A DNA stretch of 64,000 nt from contig CAVOWV010000011.1 in the NCBI GenBank assembly GCA_963700245.1, positions 99,405 through 163,404 of the forward strand, written 5' to 3'. This stretch comes from an uncultured Chloroflexia bacterium (GTDB taxonomy: Bacteria > Chloroflexota > Limnocylindria > Limnocylindrales > CSP1-4). Of this stretch, positions 41,334-50,059 are shown piece by piece. The notes below the pieces were generated by a model. The model saw only the letters and a program-made list of their open reading frames with translations, made no database searches and was not told where the DNA came from. Position 1 is the stretch's first letter. Each line of letters starts with the position of its first letter. A program made the translations under genes and the position numbers.

Positions 41334-41455
41334 CGGGCGCAATGGTGCGGTGATCGGAACCTGATCGCCATCCGCAGGGGCGGGCGCGCCGCTGCGCCGA
41401 CGACTCGGCCCCTGCCCCCCGTCATCTGCCATATTGACGGCTCGCACGCGAAGGG

Positions 41456-43140
41456 ATGGACTTGGGACGCAGCTCTCCGATCCGCCGGGACACGCTGCGC
41501 GAGGACGGCGTCGCCGGCCTGGTGCTCGGCTTGCAGAGCGTGCCCGACGGCCTCGCCACCGGGCTGCTCGCAGGCGTCAACCCGCTGGCGGGCCTGTACG
41601 CCTACATGGTCGGGACGTTCACGGGCGCCCTGATCACCAGCTCCTCGTTCATGGCGATCCAGGGGACCGGCGCGATGGCCATGATCGTGGCCGACATCCC
41701 TGGGTTGCACCGGTCCGCGGACGCCGAGCGGGCGCTGGTCACGCTCTCGATCCTCACCGGCGTCATCATGCTCGCGGCCGGGCTCCTGAAGCTCGGCTGG
41801 CTCCTCCGGTTCGTCTCCAACGCGGTGATGGTGGGGTTCATCAACGCGGTCGGCGTGAACATCGTCCTGGGTCAGCTCGCCAACTTCACCGGCTACGACG
41901 CGGAGGGTGGGAACCGCGTCATCCGGGCGGTCAACACCCTCATCAGCCCGGGCCAGCTCGATCTGCAGACGCTCGTGATCGGGATCGCCACCATCGCCCT
42001 CATCCTGCTGTTCGAGCGGACGAGGGTGGGTGCCCTGGGCCTGGTGGTGGCCGTGGTGATCACGTCTGCGGGCGCGCTTGTCCTCGGCTGGCCGGTCGCG
42101 ACGCTCAACGACCTCGGCGTCGTCGCCAGCTCGCTGCCGCGGCCGGAGGCGCCGCTGCTCGCACTCGTGCCCGCGCTGCTCATACCTGCGGCGTCCCTCG
42201 CCTTCGTCGGCCTGGTGCAAGGGGCGAGCATCTCCGCCAACTTCCCCAACCCGGACGGGACCTACGGGGACGTGTCGCGCGACTTCGTGGGGCAGGGCGC
42301 GGCGAACGTGGCCTCCGGGATCCTCCAGGGGATGCCCGTCGGCGGGTCGGTCTCGGCGTCGGCGATCAACAAGGTCGCGGGCGCCCGCTCGCGGCAGTCG
42401 CTCCTGATCGCGGGCTCGTGATGGCGGTCGTGATCGTCGCCTTCGGGGAGGTGGTCGGCTACGTCGCCATGCCCGCCCTCGCCGGCCTGCTCATGCTCAT
42501 CGGCTTCCGCACCATCAAGCCGGATGACCTCAAGTCGGTGTGGCGGACCGGCAACGTCCAGAAGGTCGTCCTCGTCATGACGTTCATCCTGACGATGCTC
42601 ATCCCGCTCCAGTACGCGGTGATGGCCGGCGTGGGCGTGTCCGTGATCCTGTACGTCGTCCGCCAGTCGAACCAGGTCACGATCCGGCGCTGGGAGCTCG
42701 ACGCCGATGGGCAGGTGGTCGAGACCGACCCGCCGGCGACGCTCGGGCCCAATGAGGTGGTTGTCCTCCAGCCCTACGGCAGCCTGTTCTTCGCGGCCGC
42801 GCCGGTGTTCGAGACGCTGCTGCCGGCCGTGGATGACGGGTCGCGCAACAGCGTCGTGATCCTCCGCCTCCGGGGCCGAACCGATCTCGGGACGACCTTC
42901 ATGGATGTGCTGCTCCGCTATGCGCAGGCCCTCGCGGCGGTCGAGAGCAAGCTCGTGGTCGTGTCCACGAACGAGCGGATCGACGAGCAGCTGGCCGTGA
43001 CGGGCATCACCGCGGTGATCGGCGCCGAGAACGTCTACGCCGGCGACCACCGGGTTGGCGCGGCCATCCGGCGGGCCTACGACGACGCCGTGGCCTGGGT
43101 CGCGGCCAACCGGGACCTTGGCAGCAACGGCACCACGTGA
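41456..43140 (+). CDS. SulP-family anion transporter with C-terminal STAS domain, apparent 1-nt frameshift near ~42418
   Basis: [36 protein letters not shown] (SulP N-term); ORF 41456..42421 ends LLIAGS*, continues in frame of ORF 41434..43140 ([23 protein letters not shown]...STAS: VVILRLRG...). Confidence 0.8.
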
Positions 43141-43207
43141 CCGGCAGAACGGCGTCACTCTGTGGGCCGGATTGACTCATGCCGATGAGTACGATAGCAT
43201 CCGTGCC

Positions 43208-43461
43208 ATGACAAACGCCTCCAGGTCCTGCTCGACGACGACGAGCTGGCCGAGATCCAGGAGCTGGCGCGACGCCGGCGCCAGACGACCGCGGCGTGGG
43301 TCCGCGAGGCGCTGCGCCGGGCGCGCGAGGAGACCGTCTACCCGGACGCGGTCCGCAAGCTCAAGGCCGTGCGCGAGGCAAGCGCCCACGCCTACCCGAT
43401 CGCCGACCCCGACCAGATGGCGGACGAGATCGAGCGCGGCTACCTGGATGACGGCACGTGA
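43208..43461 (+). CDS. ribbon-helix-helix (CopG-like) antitoxin; ATG and body in different frames (1-nt indel right after start codon)
   Basis: Main frame: [41 protein letters not shown]...GYLDDGT*; TGA overlaps GTG of downstream PIN gene; only candidate start ATG43208 is +1 out of frame. Confidence 0.55.
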
Positions 43462-43851
43462 TCTTCGTGGACTCGAACATCCCCATGTACCTGGTCGGTG
43501 CCGACCATCCGCACAAGGGCGCGTCGCGTTCGCTCCTGGAGCGCGCGATCGCGGACGGCGAAGTCCTCGTCACCGACGCCGAGGTGCTGCAGGAGATCCT
43601 GCACCGCTACGTGGCCATCGACCGGCGGGACGCCATCGGACCGGCAACGGACGCGATCCTGGGCGTCGTGGACGAGGTCTATCCCGTCGAGCGGGAGGAC
43701 GTGGAACGGGCGCGACGCCTGGTGCAGACGACCCGGCTGTCGGCGCGGGACGCCGTGCACGTCGCGATCATGCGCCGCCGCGGCATCACCAGGATCCTGA
43801 GCTTCGACCGACGGGTTCGACGAGGTCGAGGGGATCACGCGGAACGCATGA
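43458..43851 (+). CDS. vapC: VapC PIN-domain toxin, apparent 1-nt frameshift near ~43812
   Basis: [20 protein letters not shown]...; removing one base restores the canonical C-terminus [18 protein letters not shown]. Confidence 0.75.
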
Positions 43852-43885
43852 CGGGATCCCGCAGGAGCCCAGCCAAGAGGAAACG

Positions 43886-45139
43886 ATGAGCGACACCGAC
43901 CGCGTCACCGCCACCTACGGCGTCCATTCGGAGGTCGGCAGGCTGCGGAAGGTCCTCGTCTGCCGGCCCGGCCTCGCCCACCGCAGGCTCACGCCCAGCA
44001 ACAGCGACGAGCTGCTGTTCGACGACGTGCTCTGGGTGGAGAACGCGCAGCGGGATCACGCGGACTTCGTCGACAAGCTCCGCGGCATGGGCGTCGACGT
44101 CGTGGAGCTGCACGACCTCCTGGCGCAGACGATGGCCATCCCGGAGGCCAGGACGTGGCTGCTGGACCGGAAGATCGTGCCGAACCGGGTCGGTCTCGGG
44201 CTGGTCGAAGGCACCCGGGCGTTCCTGGAGTCGCTGGGCGACGCCGCGCTGGCGGAGTTCCTCGTCGGGGGCCTGGCCACGTCCGACCTTCCGCGGGACT
44301 ACCGCTCCGAGTATGTCGCGCTCGCCCGCGAAGGGACAGGTGTCCGCGAGTACCTGATGCCGCCCCTGCCCAACACGCTGTACACGCGCGACACGACCTG
44401 CTGGCTGTACGGCGGGCTGACGCTGAACCCGCTCTACTGGCCGGCCCGGCACGACGAGACGCTCCTGATGAAGGCGATCTACGAGTTCCACCCGGACTTC
44501 ACGGGCTCCACGATCTGGTGGGGCGACCCGGAGCGGGACTGGGGCCAGGCGACCTTCGAGGGCGGCGACGTCATGCCGGTGGGCAACGGCGTCGTGCTCA
44601 TGGGGATGAGCGAGCGGACGTCACGGCAGGCGATCACCCAGGTCGCCGCGGCGCTGTTCGCGCGCGGGGCCGCCGAGCGCGTGGTCGTGGCCGGGCTGCC
44701 GAAGCTGCGGTCGGCGATGCACCTCGACACGGTGTTCACGTTCGCGGACCGCGACGTCGTGACCCTGTTTCCGAAGATCGTGGACGGGATCGACACGTTC
44801 TCGCTGCGGCCCGACGACAAGGCCGGCATCCACGTCACCGTGGAGAAGGACCCGTTCGTGGAGGTCGTGGCGGCGTCGTTGGGCCTCCCGGCGCTGCGGG
44901 TCATCGAGACCGGTGGCGACGCCTACGCCTCCGAGCGCCAGCAGTGGGACAGCGGCAACAACGCGGTCGCCGTGGAGCCCGGCGTGGTCTTCACCTACGA
45001 CCGCAACACCGTGACCAACGCCCTGCTCCGGAACGCGGGCGTGGAGGTCATCGAGATCGTCGGGGCCGAGCTGGGCCGGGGGCGCGGCGGTGGCCACTGC
45101 ATGACCTGCCCCATCATCCGCGACGCCGTCGACTTCTGA
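43886..45139 (+). CDS. arcA: arginine deiminase
   Basis: aagagg RBS; full ADI fold motifs incl. C-terminal catalytic Cys ([10 protein letters not shown]). Confidence 0.9.
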   Translation: MSDTDRVTATYGVHSEVGRLRKVLVCRPGLAHRRLTPSNSDELLFDDVLWVENAQRDHADFVDKLRGMGVDVVELHDLLAQTMAIPEARTWLLDRKIVPNRVGLGLVEGTRAFLESLGDAALAEFLVGGLATSDLPRDYRSEYVALAREGTGVREYLMPPLPNTLYTRDTTCWLYGGLTLNPLYWPARHDETLLMKAIYEFHPDFTGSTIWWGDPERDWGQATFEGGDVMPVGNGVVLMGMSERTSRQAITQVAAALFARGAAERVVVAGLPKLRSAMHLDTVFTFADRDVVTLFPKIVDGIDTFSLRPDDKAGIHVTVEKDPFVEVVAASLGLPALRVIETGGDAYASERQQWDSGNNAVAVEPGVVFTYDRNTVTNALLRNAGVEVIEIVGAELGRGRGGGHCMTCPIIRDAVDF

Positions 45140-45184
45140 CCCCGCCTCGCTCGTGACGTCGCCGCGCTCGTTCGCGCGCCGGGA

Positions 45185-45937
45185 CTAGTCGCCGGCCTGG
45201 CCGATCTCGTACGACGAGAGGCGGCGGACGGCGACGAGCGCGGCCACGGCGACGGCCACCGCCGAGAGCGCGAGCGCCACTCGGGCGTCGAGGAGGCCCG
45301 GGTCGGTCGCCCCCGGCGTGGAGATCGCCGCCGTGATCGCCAGCGTGTACTGGCGGATGCTGAGGGCCGCGACCCCCTCGAGCAGGCCGGCCAGGACGCC
45401 CTCCCACACCAGGACGTAGACGAGGCCGATCGCGAGCGCCCGCCCGGTGACGAGGCTGAGCGCGAAGAAGACGGTCGCATACACGGTGGCCCCGATCGCG
45501 GTCCCGACGGCGGCTCCCACGCCCCCGGAGATGCCGGTCCCGCCCGGCCCGAGGATGGCTCCCGCGATGAACGAGGCCGGTGCGACGAGGGCAATCGAGA
45601 GGCCCACCGCCACGATCAGCTTGCCCAGCACGATCCGCCAGCGTTCGATGGGCTTGACGAGGAGGAAGACCGCGGTCCCATCCTCGAGCTCCGCGCCCAG
45701 GGCCGCCGTGCCGAAGACGAGCCCGACGATCGGCAGCAGGGTCGTCACGAGGAGCCGGTCCATGATGGCGGTTGCCACCTCGTCGTCGGCCGCGTCCCGC
45801 CCCGCCACCCTCACGAGGACCGCCGCGGCGACGGGGAGGAGGGCGAGGAGCACGAGGAACAGGCTCCGCCGACGGCCCAGGAGGCCCCGGACGGTGAGCG
45901 CGGCGATCGTGACGATGACGGAGCTCCGGCCGGTCAT
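45185..45937 (-). CDS. ABC-2 type transporter permease
   Basis: 6 TM; ATG overlaps upstream ATPase stop (ATGA). Confidence 0.7.
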   Translation of the reverse strand: MTGRSSVIVTIAALTVRGLLGRRRSLFLVLLALLPVAAAVLVRVAGRDAADDEVATAIMDRLLVTTLLPIVGLVFGTAALGAELEDGTAVFLLVKPIERWRIVLGKLIVAVGLSIALVAPASFIAGAILGPGGTGISGGVGAAVGTAIGATVYATVFFALSLVTGRALAIGLVYVLVWEGVLAGLLEGVAALSIRQYTLAITAAISTPGATDPGLLDARVALALSAVAVAVAALVAVRRLSSYEIGQAGD

Positions 45938-46836
45938 CGCTGCACCAGGTAGCCGAAGACGCTCTCGAGGTCCTCGTCCGTCGGACGCAGCTCCAGGATC
46001 GAGACGCCACCGGCGCGGGCGAGCGCAGGGAGCGCCCGGGCGAAGCCGGCATAGTCCGAGGTCCGCACGGCGAGCCGGCCCCCGTCGAGCTGGACCCCGA
46101 AGACGGACGGATGGCCCACGAGGGCCGCCGCCAGCCGCCGGTCGTCCGACGAGCGCAGCGTGAAGGTGTGGGGCCGGTCCGTCATCAGCCGCCGGATCTC
46201 GCGGAAGTCCCCGGACGCGGCGAGCCGGCCGCTGACGATCACCAGCACGTTCTGCGCGAGCCGCTCCACCTCCTCGAGGATGTGCGAGCTGAACAGGATC
46301 ACCCGGCCCTCGTCGGCCATCCGCGCGAGCAGCTCCATCATGTGGAGGCGCTGGCGCGGATCCATGCCGTTGAACGGCTCGTCGAGGAGCAGGATCGACG
46401 GGTCGTGGACCAGCGCGCCGGCGATCTTGGCCCGCTGGCGCATCCCCTTGGAGTACGTGCCGACCGCGCGGTCCGCGGCATCCTCGAGGCCGACCGTCGC
46501 GATCGCCCGGCGGGCTGCTCCGTCGGGATCCGGCAGGCGCTGGAGCCGCGCGTTGAGCCGGACAAACTCGAACCCGGTCAGGAACGCGTGGACCGACTCG
46601 CGCTCCGGGACGAGGCCAAGGTCCCGGTAGACGGCCGGGTTGCGCCAGGCGGGGGTCCCGTGGATCGCGACGACGCCGTCGGATGGCCGGAGCAGCCCGG
46701 CCAGCATGTGCAGGATCGTCGACTTGCCCGCCCCATTCGGCCCGAGGAGGCCGGTGACGCCGGGGCCGAGCACGAACGAGATGTCGTTGACCGCCACGAC
46801 GTTGCCGTACCAGCGCGAGACCCCGAGCAGCTCCAC
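45934..46836 (-). CDS. ABC transporter ATP-binding protein (ABC-2 type, with C-terminal accessory domain)
   Basis: Walker A GPNGAGKST, signature YSKGMRQR, Walker B ILLLDEP. Confidence 0.85.
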   Translation of the reverse strand: MELLGVSRWYGNVVAVNDISFVLGPGVTGLLGPNGAGKSTILHMLAGLLRPSDGVVAIHGTPAWRNPAVYRDLGLVPERESVHAFLTGFEFVRLNARLQRLPDPDGAARRAIATVGLEDAADRAVGTYSKGMRQRAKIAGALVHDPSILLLDEPFNGMDPRQRLHMMELLARMADEGRVILFSSHILEEVERLAQNVLVIVSGRLAASGDFREIRRLMTDRPHTFTLRSSDDRRLAAALVGHPSVFGVQLDGGRLAVRTSDYAGFARALPALARAGGVSILELRPTDEDLESVFGYLVQR

Positions 46837-46933
46837 GGCCGCCCCGGGGGTCAGCTGGCGCTGGACCGGCGCACCGGCGGAGCCTGCGCACCCGCCGCAG
46901 CCGGCCCCCAGAGCGGCGGGACGTCGCGCGTCT

Positions 46934-47875
46934 TCATGCCGCGATCGTCCGGTAGCGCTGGACGAGGATCGCGCTCGTCCCGAGCGCGATCACGATCGAG
47001 GCGATGAGACCCAGCGCGACCGGCAGGTCCGTCATCGTCCACACCCCGGCCGACGGGCTCACGTCGAAGAACCAGGCATTGGCGGCATCGAGCACCGATC
47101 CCGGGTCGAGGAGCACCACGTACTGGGAGGCGGGTCCCAGCTCCAGCGCGAGGATCACGGCGACGAGGATCGTTGGCACGAGGAAGATGCCGAAGATCGC
47201 GACCGTCGCATAGGCCCGGCGCGAGACGAACGCCGCGATCACGAGCGCCACTCCGGCGGTGGCCACGGCCGTCACGACGGTGGACCCGAGGGTCGCCGGC
47301 CAGTGGCCTGCCTCACGGCCGAGCGCTCCGAGCAGGTCGGACGTGAGGAGGACCGCCCCGATCGTCAGGATGACGTGGGGCAGGAGGAGGAGCGTCAGGA
47401 CCGCCGCACCCAGGGCCGCCAGCTTGGCCAGGGCATAGTCCTCGCGGAGGAGCGCCCGCGAGAAGTAGAGGCTGAGGACCCGGTAGCGGGCGTCACGCCC
47501 GAGCAGCTCCGGCGCCTGGACCGCGACGAGGATCGTGGCGAAGACACCGACCGCGCCGGCCATGTCGGGATGGCCCGGGAGCACGCCCAGGTCGCTGATG
47601 CCGAAGCGCGAGGCGAAGGCGCTGAGCGCCACGATGATCACGGCGGTGAGCGCCGGGAGCGCGAGGCAGAACGCCGGCACGATCTTCGCCCGCCCGGATC
47701 GGCCGAGGCCGAACGTCGCCCGGACGCCCCCGGCGAAGAGCGTCGTGAACGCGTGACGACGACCCAGCCGCGGGCCGTCGTAGCCCCGGTAGCCGATGTC
47801 GTAGATGCTGCCGGTCGGGCCGGCCGGGGGCGGAGGCGGAGGCGGGGCGACCGGGCGATCGCCACCGGCCATCAT
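46934..47875 (-). CDS. ABC-2 type transporter permease with Pro-rich N-terminus
   Basis: MMAGGDRPVAPPPPPPP...SIYDIGYRGYDGPRLGR then 6 TM; start overlaps upstream ATPase stop (ATGATG). Confidence 0.65.
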   Translation of the reverse strand: MMAGGDRPVAPPPPPPPAGPTGSIYDIGYRGYDGPRLGRRHAFTTLFAGGVRATFGLGRSGRAKIVPAFCLALPALTAVIIVALSAFASRFGISDLGVLPGHPDMAGAVGVFATILVAVQAPELLGRDARYRVLSLYFSRALLREDYALAKLAALGAAVLTLLLLPHVILTIGAVLLTSDLLGALGREAGHWPATLGSTVVTAVATAGVALVIAAFVSRRAYATVAIFGIFLVPTILVAVILALELGPASQYVVLLDPGSVLDAANAWFFDVSPSAGVWTMTDLPVALGLIASIVIALGTSAILVQRYRTIAA

Positions 47876-48855
47876 GCGCGCACCTCCGGCACCTGAGGGG
47901 CGGTGAGGCCATCCTCGGGCTCGCCGTCGCGGAACAGGTCCTCCAGCGAGTGCCTGCCACGCTCCAGCCTGACCAGGGGAAGGCCCAGGTCCGCCACGGT
48001 GTCGCGGACGATGTCGAGCGGCGGCGGTCCATCGAGCGCGATCCGGACCGTCCGGTCCCCCGGGCCCGACCCGTCCAGGAGCGTCAGGCCGGCGGCGGAG
48101 AGGCCTGCCGCGAGCGCGTCTCGGCCCTCCTCCACCTCGACCGTCAGGATCCCGGTCTCGGCGGTGAACTCGGCCATCGGGGCGGAGCGGAGCAGGCGCC
48201 CGCCGTCGATCGCCACCAGGTGGTCGCAGACCGCCTCGATCTCGCCGAGCAGGTGGCTGGCCAGGACGATCGCGATCCCGAACTCGGTCCCCGTCCGCCG
48301 GATGAGCTCGAGCATCTCGTCGCGACCCGCCGGATCGAGCCCGTTCGTGGGCTCGTCGAGGAGGAGGAGACGGGGGTCGTGGACGATCGCCTGGGCCAGC
48401 TGGACCCGCTGGCGCATCCCCGTGGAGTAGCCGCCGATCGGCCGGTACCGCTCCTCGGCGATCCCCACGTGACGGAGCACGTCCGCCGTGCGCTCGCGGG
48501 CGGCCTTGGCCGGCAATCCGGACAGCTGGCCGGCCTGCGCCACGAACTCGGTAGCGCTGATGTCCGGCGGGAGCGCGGGATGCTCGGGCATGTACCCGAC
48601 GTAGCGCCGGAGCCGGGTCCCCTGCGTCCACGGCAGGTAGCCCATGACCTCCACCCGGCCGCTGGTCGGCGCCAGCAGGCCGAGGAGGATCTTGATGAGC
48701 GTGCTCTTGCCGGCCCCGTTGGCGCCGACGAGGCCCACGATCCCGGGCGGGATGTCGAGCGTCAGCTGGTCCAGGGCGACGACGCCGGGAAATCGCCTGG
48801 TCAGCGCATCGAGGCGGATCAGCGGCGCGGGGATCCCGGGGGCGGGCTCAAGCAT
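47872..48855 (-). CDS. ABC transporter ATP-binding protein (second copy)
   Basis: Walker A GANGAGKST, signature YSTGMRQR, Walker B LLLLDEP. Confidence 0.85.
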   Translation of the reverse strand: MLEPAPGIPAPLIRLDALTRRFPGVVALDQLTLDIPPGIVGLVGANGAGKSTLIKILLGLLAPTSGRVEVMGYLPWTQGTRLRRYVGYMPEHPALPPDISATEFVAQAGQLSGLPAKAARERTADVLRHVGIAEERYRPIGGYSTGMRQRVQLAQAIVHDPRLLLLDEPTNGLDPAGRDEMLELIRRTGTEFGIAIVLASHLLGEIEAVCDHLVAIDGGRLLRSAPMAEFTAETGILTVEVEEGRDALAAGLSAAGLTLLDGSGPGDRTVRIALDGPPPLDIVRDTVADLGLPLVRLERGRHSLEDLFRDGEPEDGLTAPQVPEVRA

Positions 48856-49054
48856 GGAGGTTCATGGTAGCGCCGGGAGCCAGCCCCGGGACCAGCCGAG
48901 GCCCACGCCCAGGCGCGATCCGCCCTCGGGATGGCAGGCGGTGCAGGCAGCCGGGTAAGATGGTGGGCCAGCGTCGCCACTCCTGCCCCGGTTGCCGGCA
49001 CGTGCCGTCGACGACCATCCGGGCCGGCGACGGCTCCGCGGAGGGAGTCCCACG

Positions 49055-50059
49055 ATGACCGATCTCAGCCCCAAGCGGATCGCCGCGTTCGTCGAGCAGT
49101 TCCGCGTGGAACCGGGACGCCGGGTGCGCCTGCCCAAGGACTTCGACACGTCCGGCCACCGGAAGCGCACCAAGGCCGAGGCCAAGGAGATCCTGGCGGA
49201 TGCCACCGAGCTGCTGGCCGAGTACCAGATGCGCCTCGCGGCCCAGGACACCTACGGCGTCGTCATGGTCCTGCAGGCGATGGACGCGGCCGGCAAGGAC
49301 GGCACGATCCGCCACGTGATGAGCGGCGTGAACCCCCAGGGCGTCCAGGTCAGCAGCTTCAAGGTCCCCTCCTCCGAGGACCTCGACCACGACTACCTGT
49401 GGCGCTATGCCAAGAAGCTGCCGGAGCGCGGCAACATCGGGATCTTCAACCGCTCCTACTACGAGGAGGTCCTCGTGGTCCGGGTCCATCCCCAGATCCT
49501 GGCCGCCCAGAAGATCCCGCCCAAGCTCAAGGACCGCGGCATCTGGAACCGGCGCTTCCGCGAGATCAACGACTGGGAGCACTACCTGACCGACCAGGGC
49601 TTCCGCTTCGTCAAGCTGTTCCTGAACGTCAGCAAGGAGGAGCAGCGGTACCGGTTCCTGTCCCGCATCGACGATGGCGAGAAGAACTGGAAGTTCAGCG
49701 CCAACGACGCCAAGGAGCGCGCCTACTGGGACGACTACCAGAAGGCGTTCAGCGACATCCTGTCCAAGACCAGCACGCCGTGGGCGCCCTGGTACGTCAT
49801 CCCCGCGGACGACAAGCCGTTCGCGCGCGTCGCCGCAGCCGGCGTCCTGGCCCACACCCTGATCGACATCGACCCGAAGTACCCGACGGTCCCCAAGGAG
49901 GCGCGTGACGCCCTCCTGGCCCAGAAGGTCGCCCTCGAGGCCGAGGCACCGGCCGGCGCCGAACCCGACCCCTATGCGGCCGAGCTGGCTGAGAAGGAGG
50001 CCGATCGCGCGAACGGCAAGAAGGCTGAGAAGGCCGGCAAGAAGGGGAAGAAGGCATGA
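49055..50059 (+). CDS. ppk2: polyphosphate kinase 2 family (polyP:nucleotide phosphotransferase)
   Basis: gagggag RBS; Walker A MVLQAMDAAGKDGTIRHV; PPK2 lid/Walker B region; Lys/Ala-rich C-terminal tail KKAEKAGKKGKKA. Confidence 0.85.
   Translation: MTDLSPKRIAAFVEQFRVEPGRRVRLPKDFDTSGHRKRTKAEAKEILADATELLAEYQMRLAAQDTYGVVMVLQAMDAAGKDGTIRHVMSGVNPQGVQVSSFKVPSSEDLDHDYLWRYAKKLPERGNIGIFNRSYYEEVLVVRVHPQILAAQKIPPKLKDRGIWNRRFREINDWEHYLTDQGFRFVKLFLNVSKEEQRYRFLSRIDDGEKNWKFSANDAKERAYWDDYQKAFSDILSKTSTPWAPWYVIPADDKPFARVAAAGVLAHTLIDIDPKYPTVPKEARDALLAQKVALEAEAPAGAEPDPYAAELAEKEADRANGKKAEKAGKKGKKA

Noticed and set aside
39933-41447. N-terminal ~500 aa of the 791-aa minus ORF 39072..41447
   Set aside because: This part is antisense to the saccharopine-dehydrogenase-like gene (40107..41333) and its composition is not protein-like. 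Only the C-terminal 286 codons, with clear TM helices, were kept as a gene.
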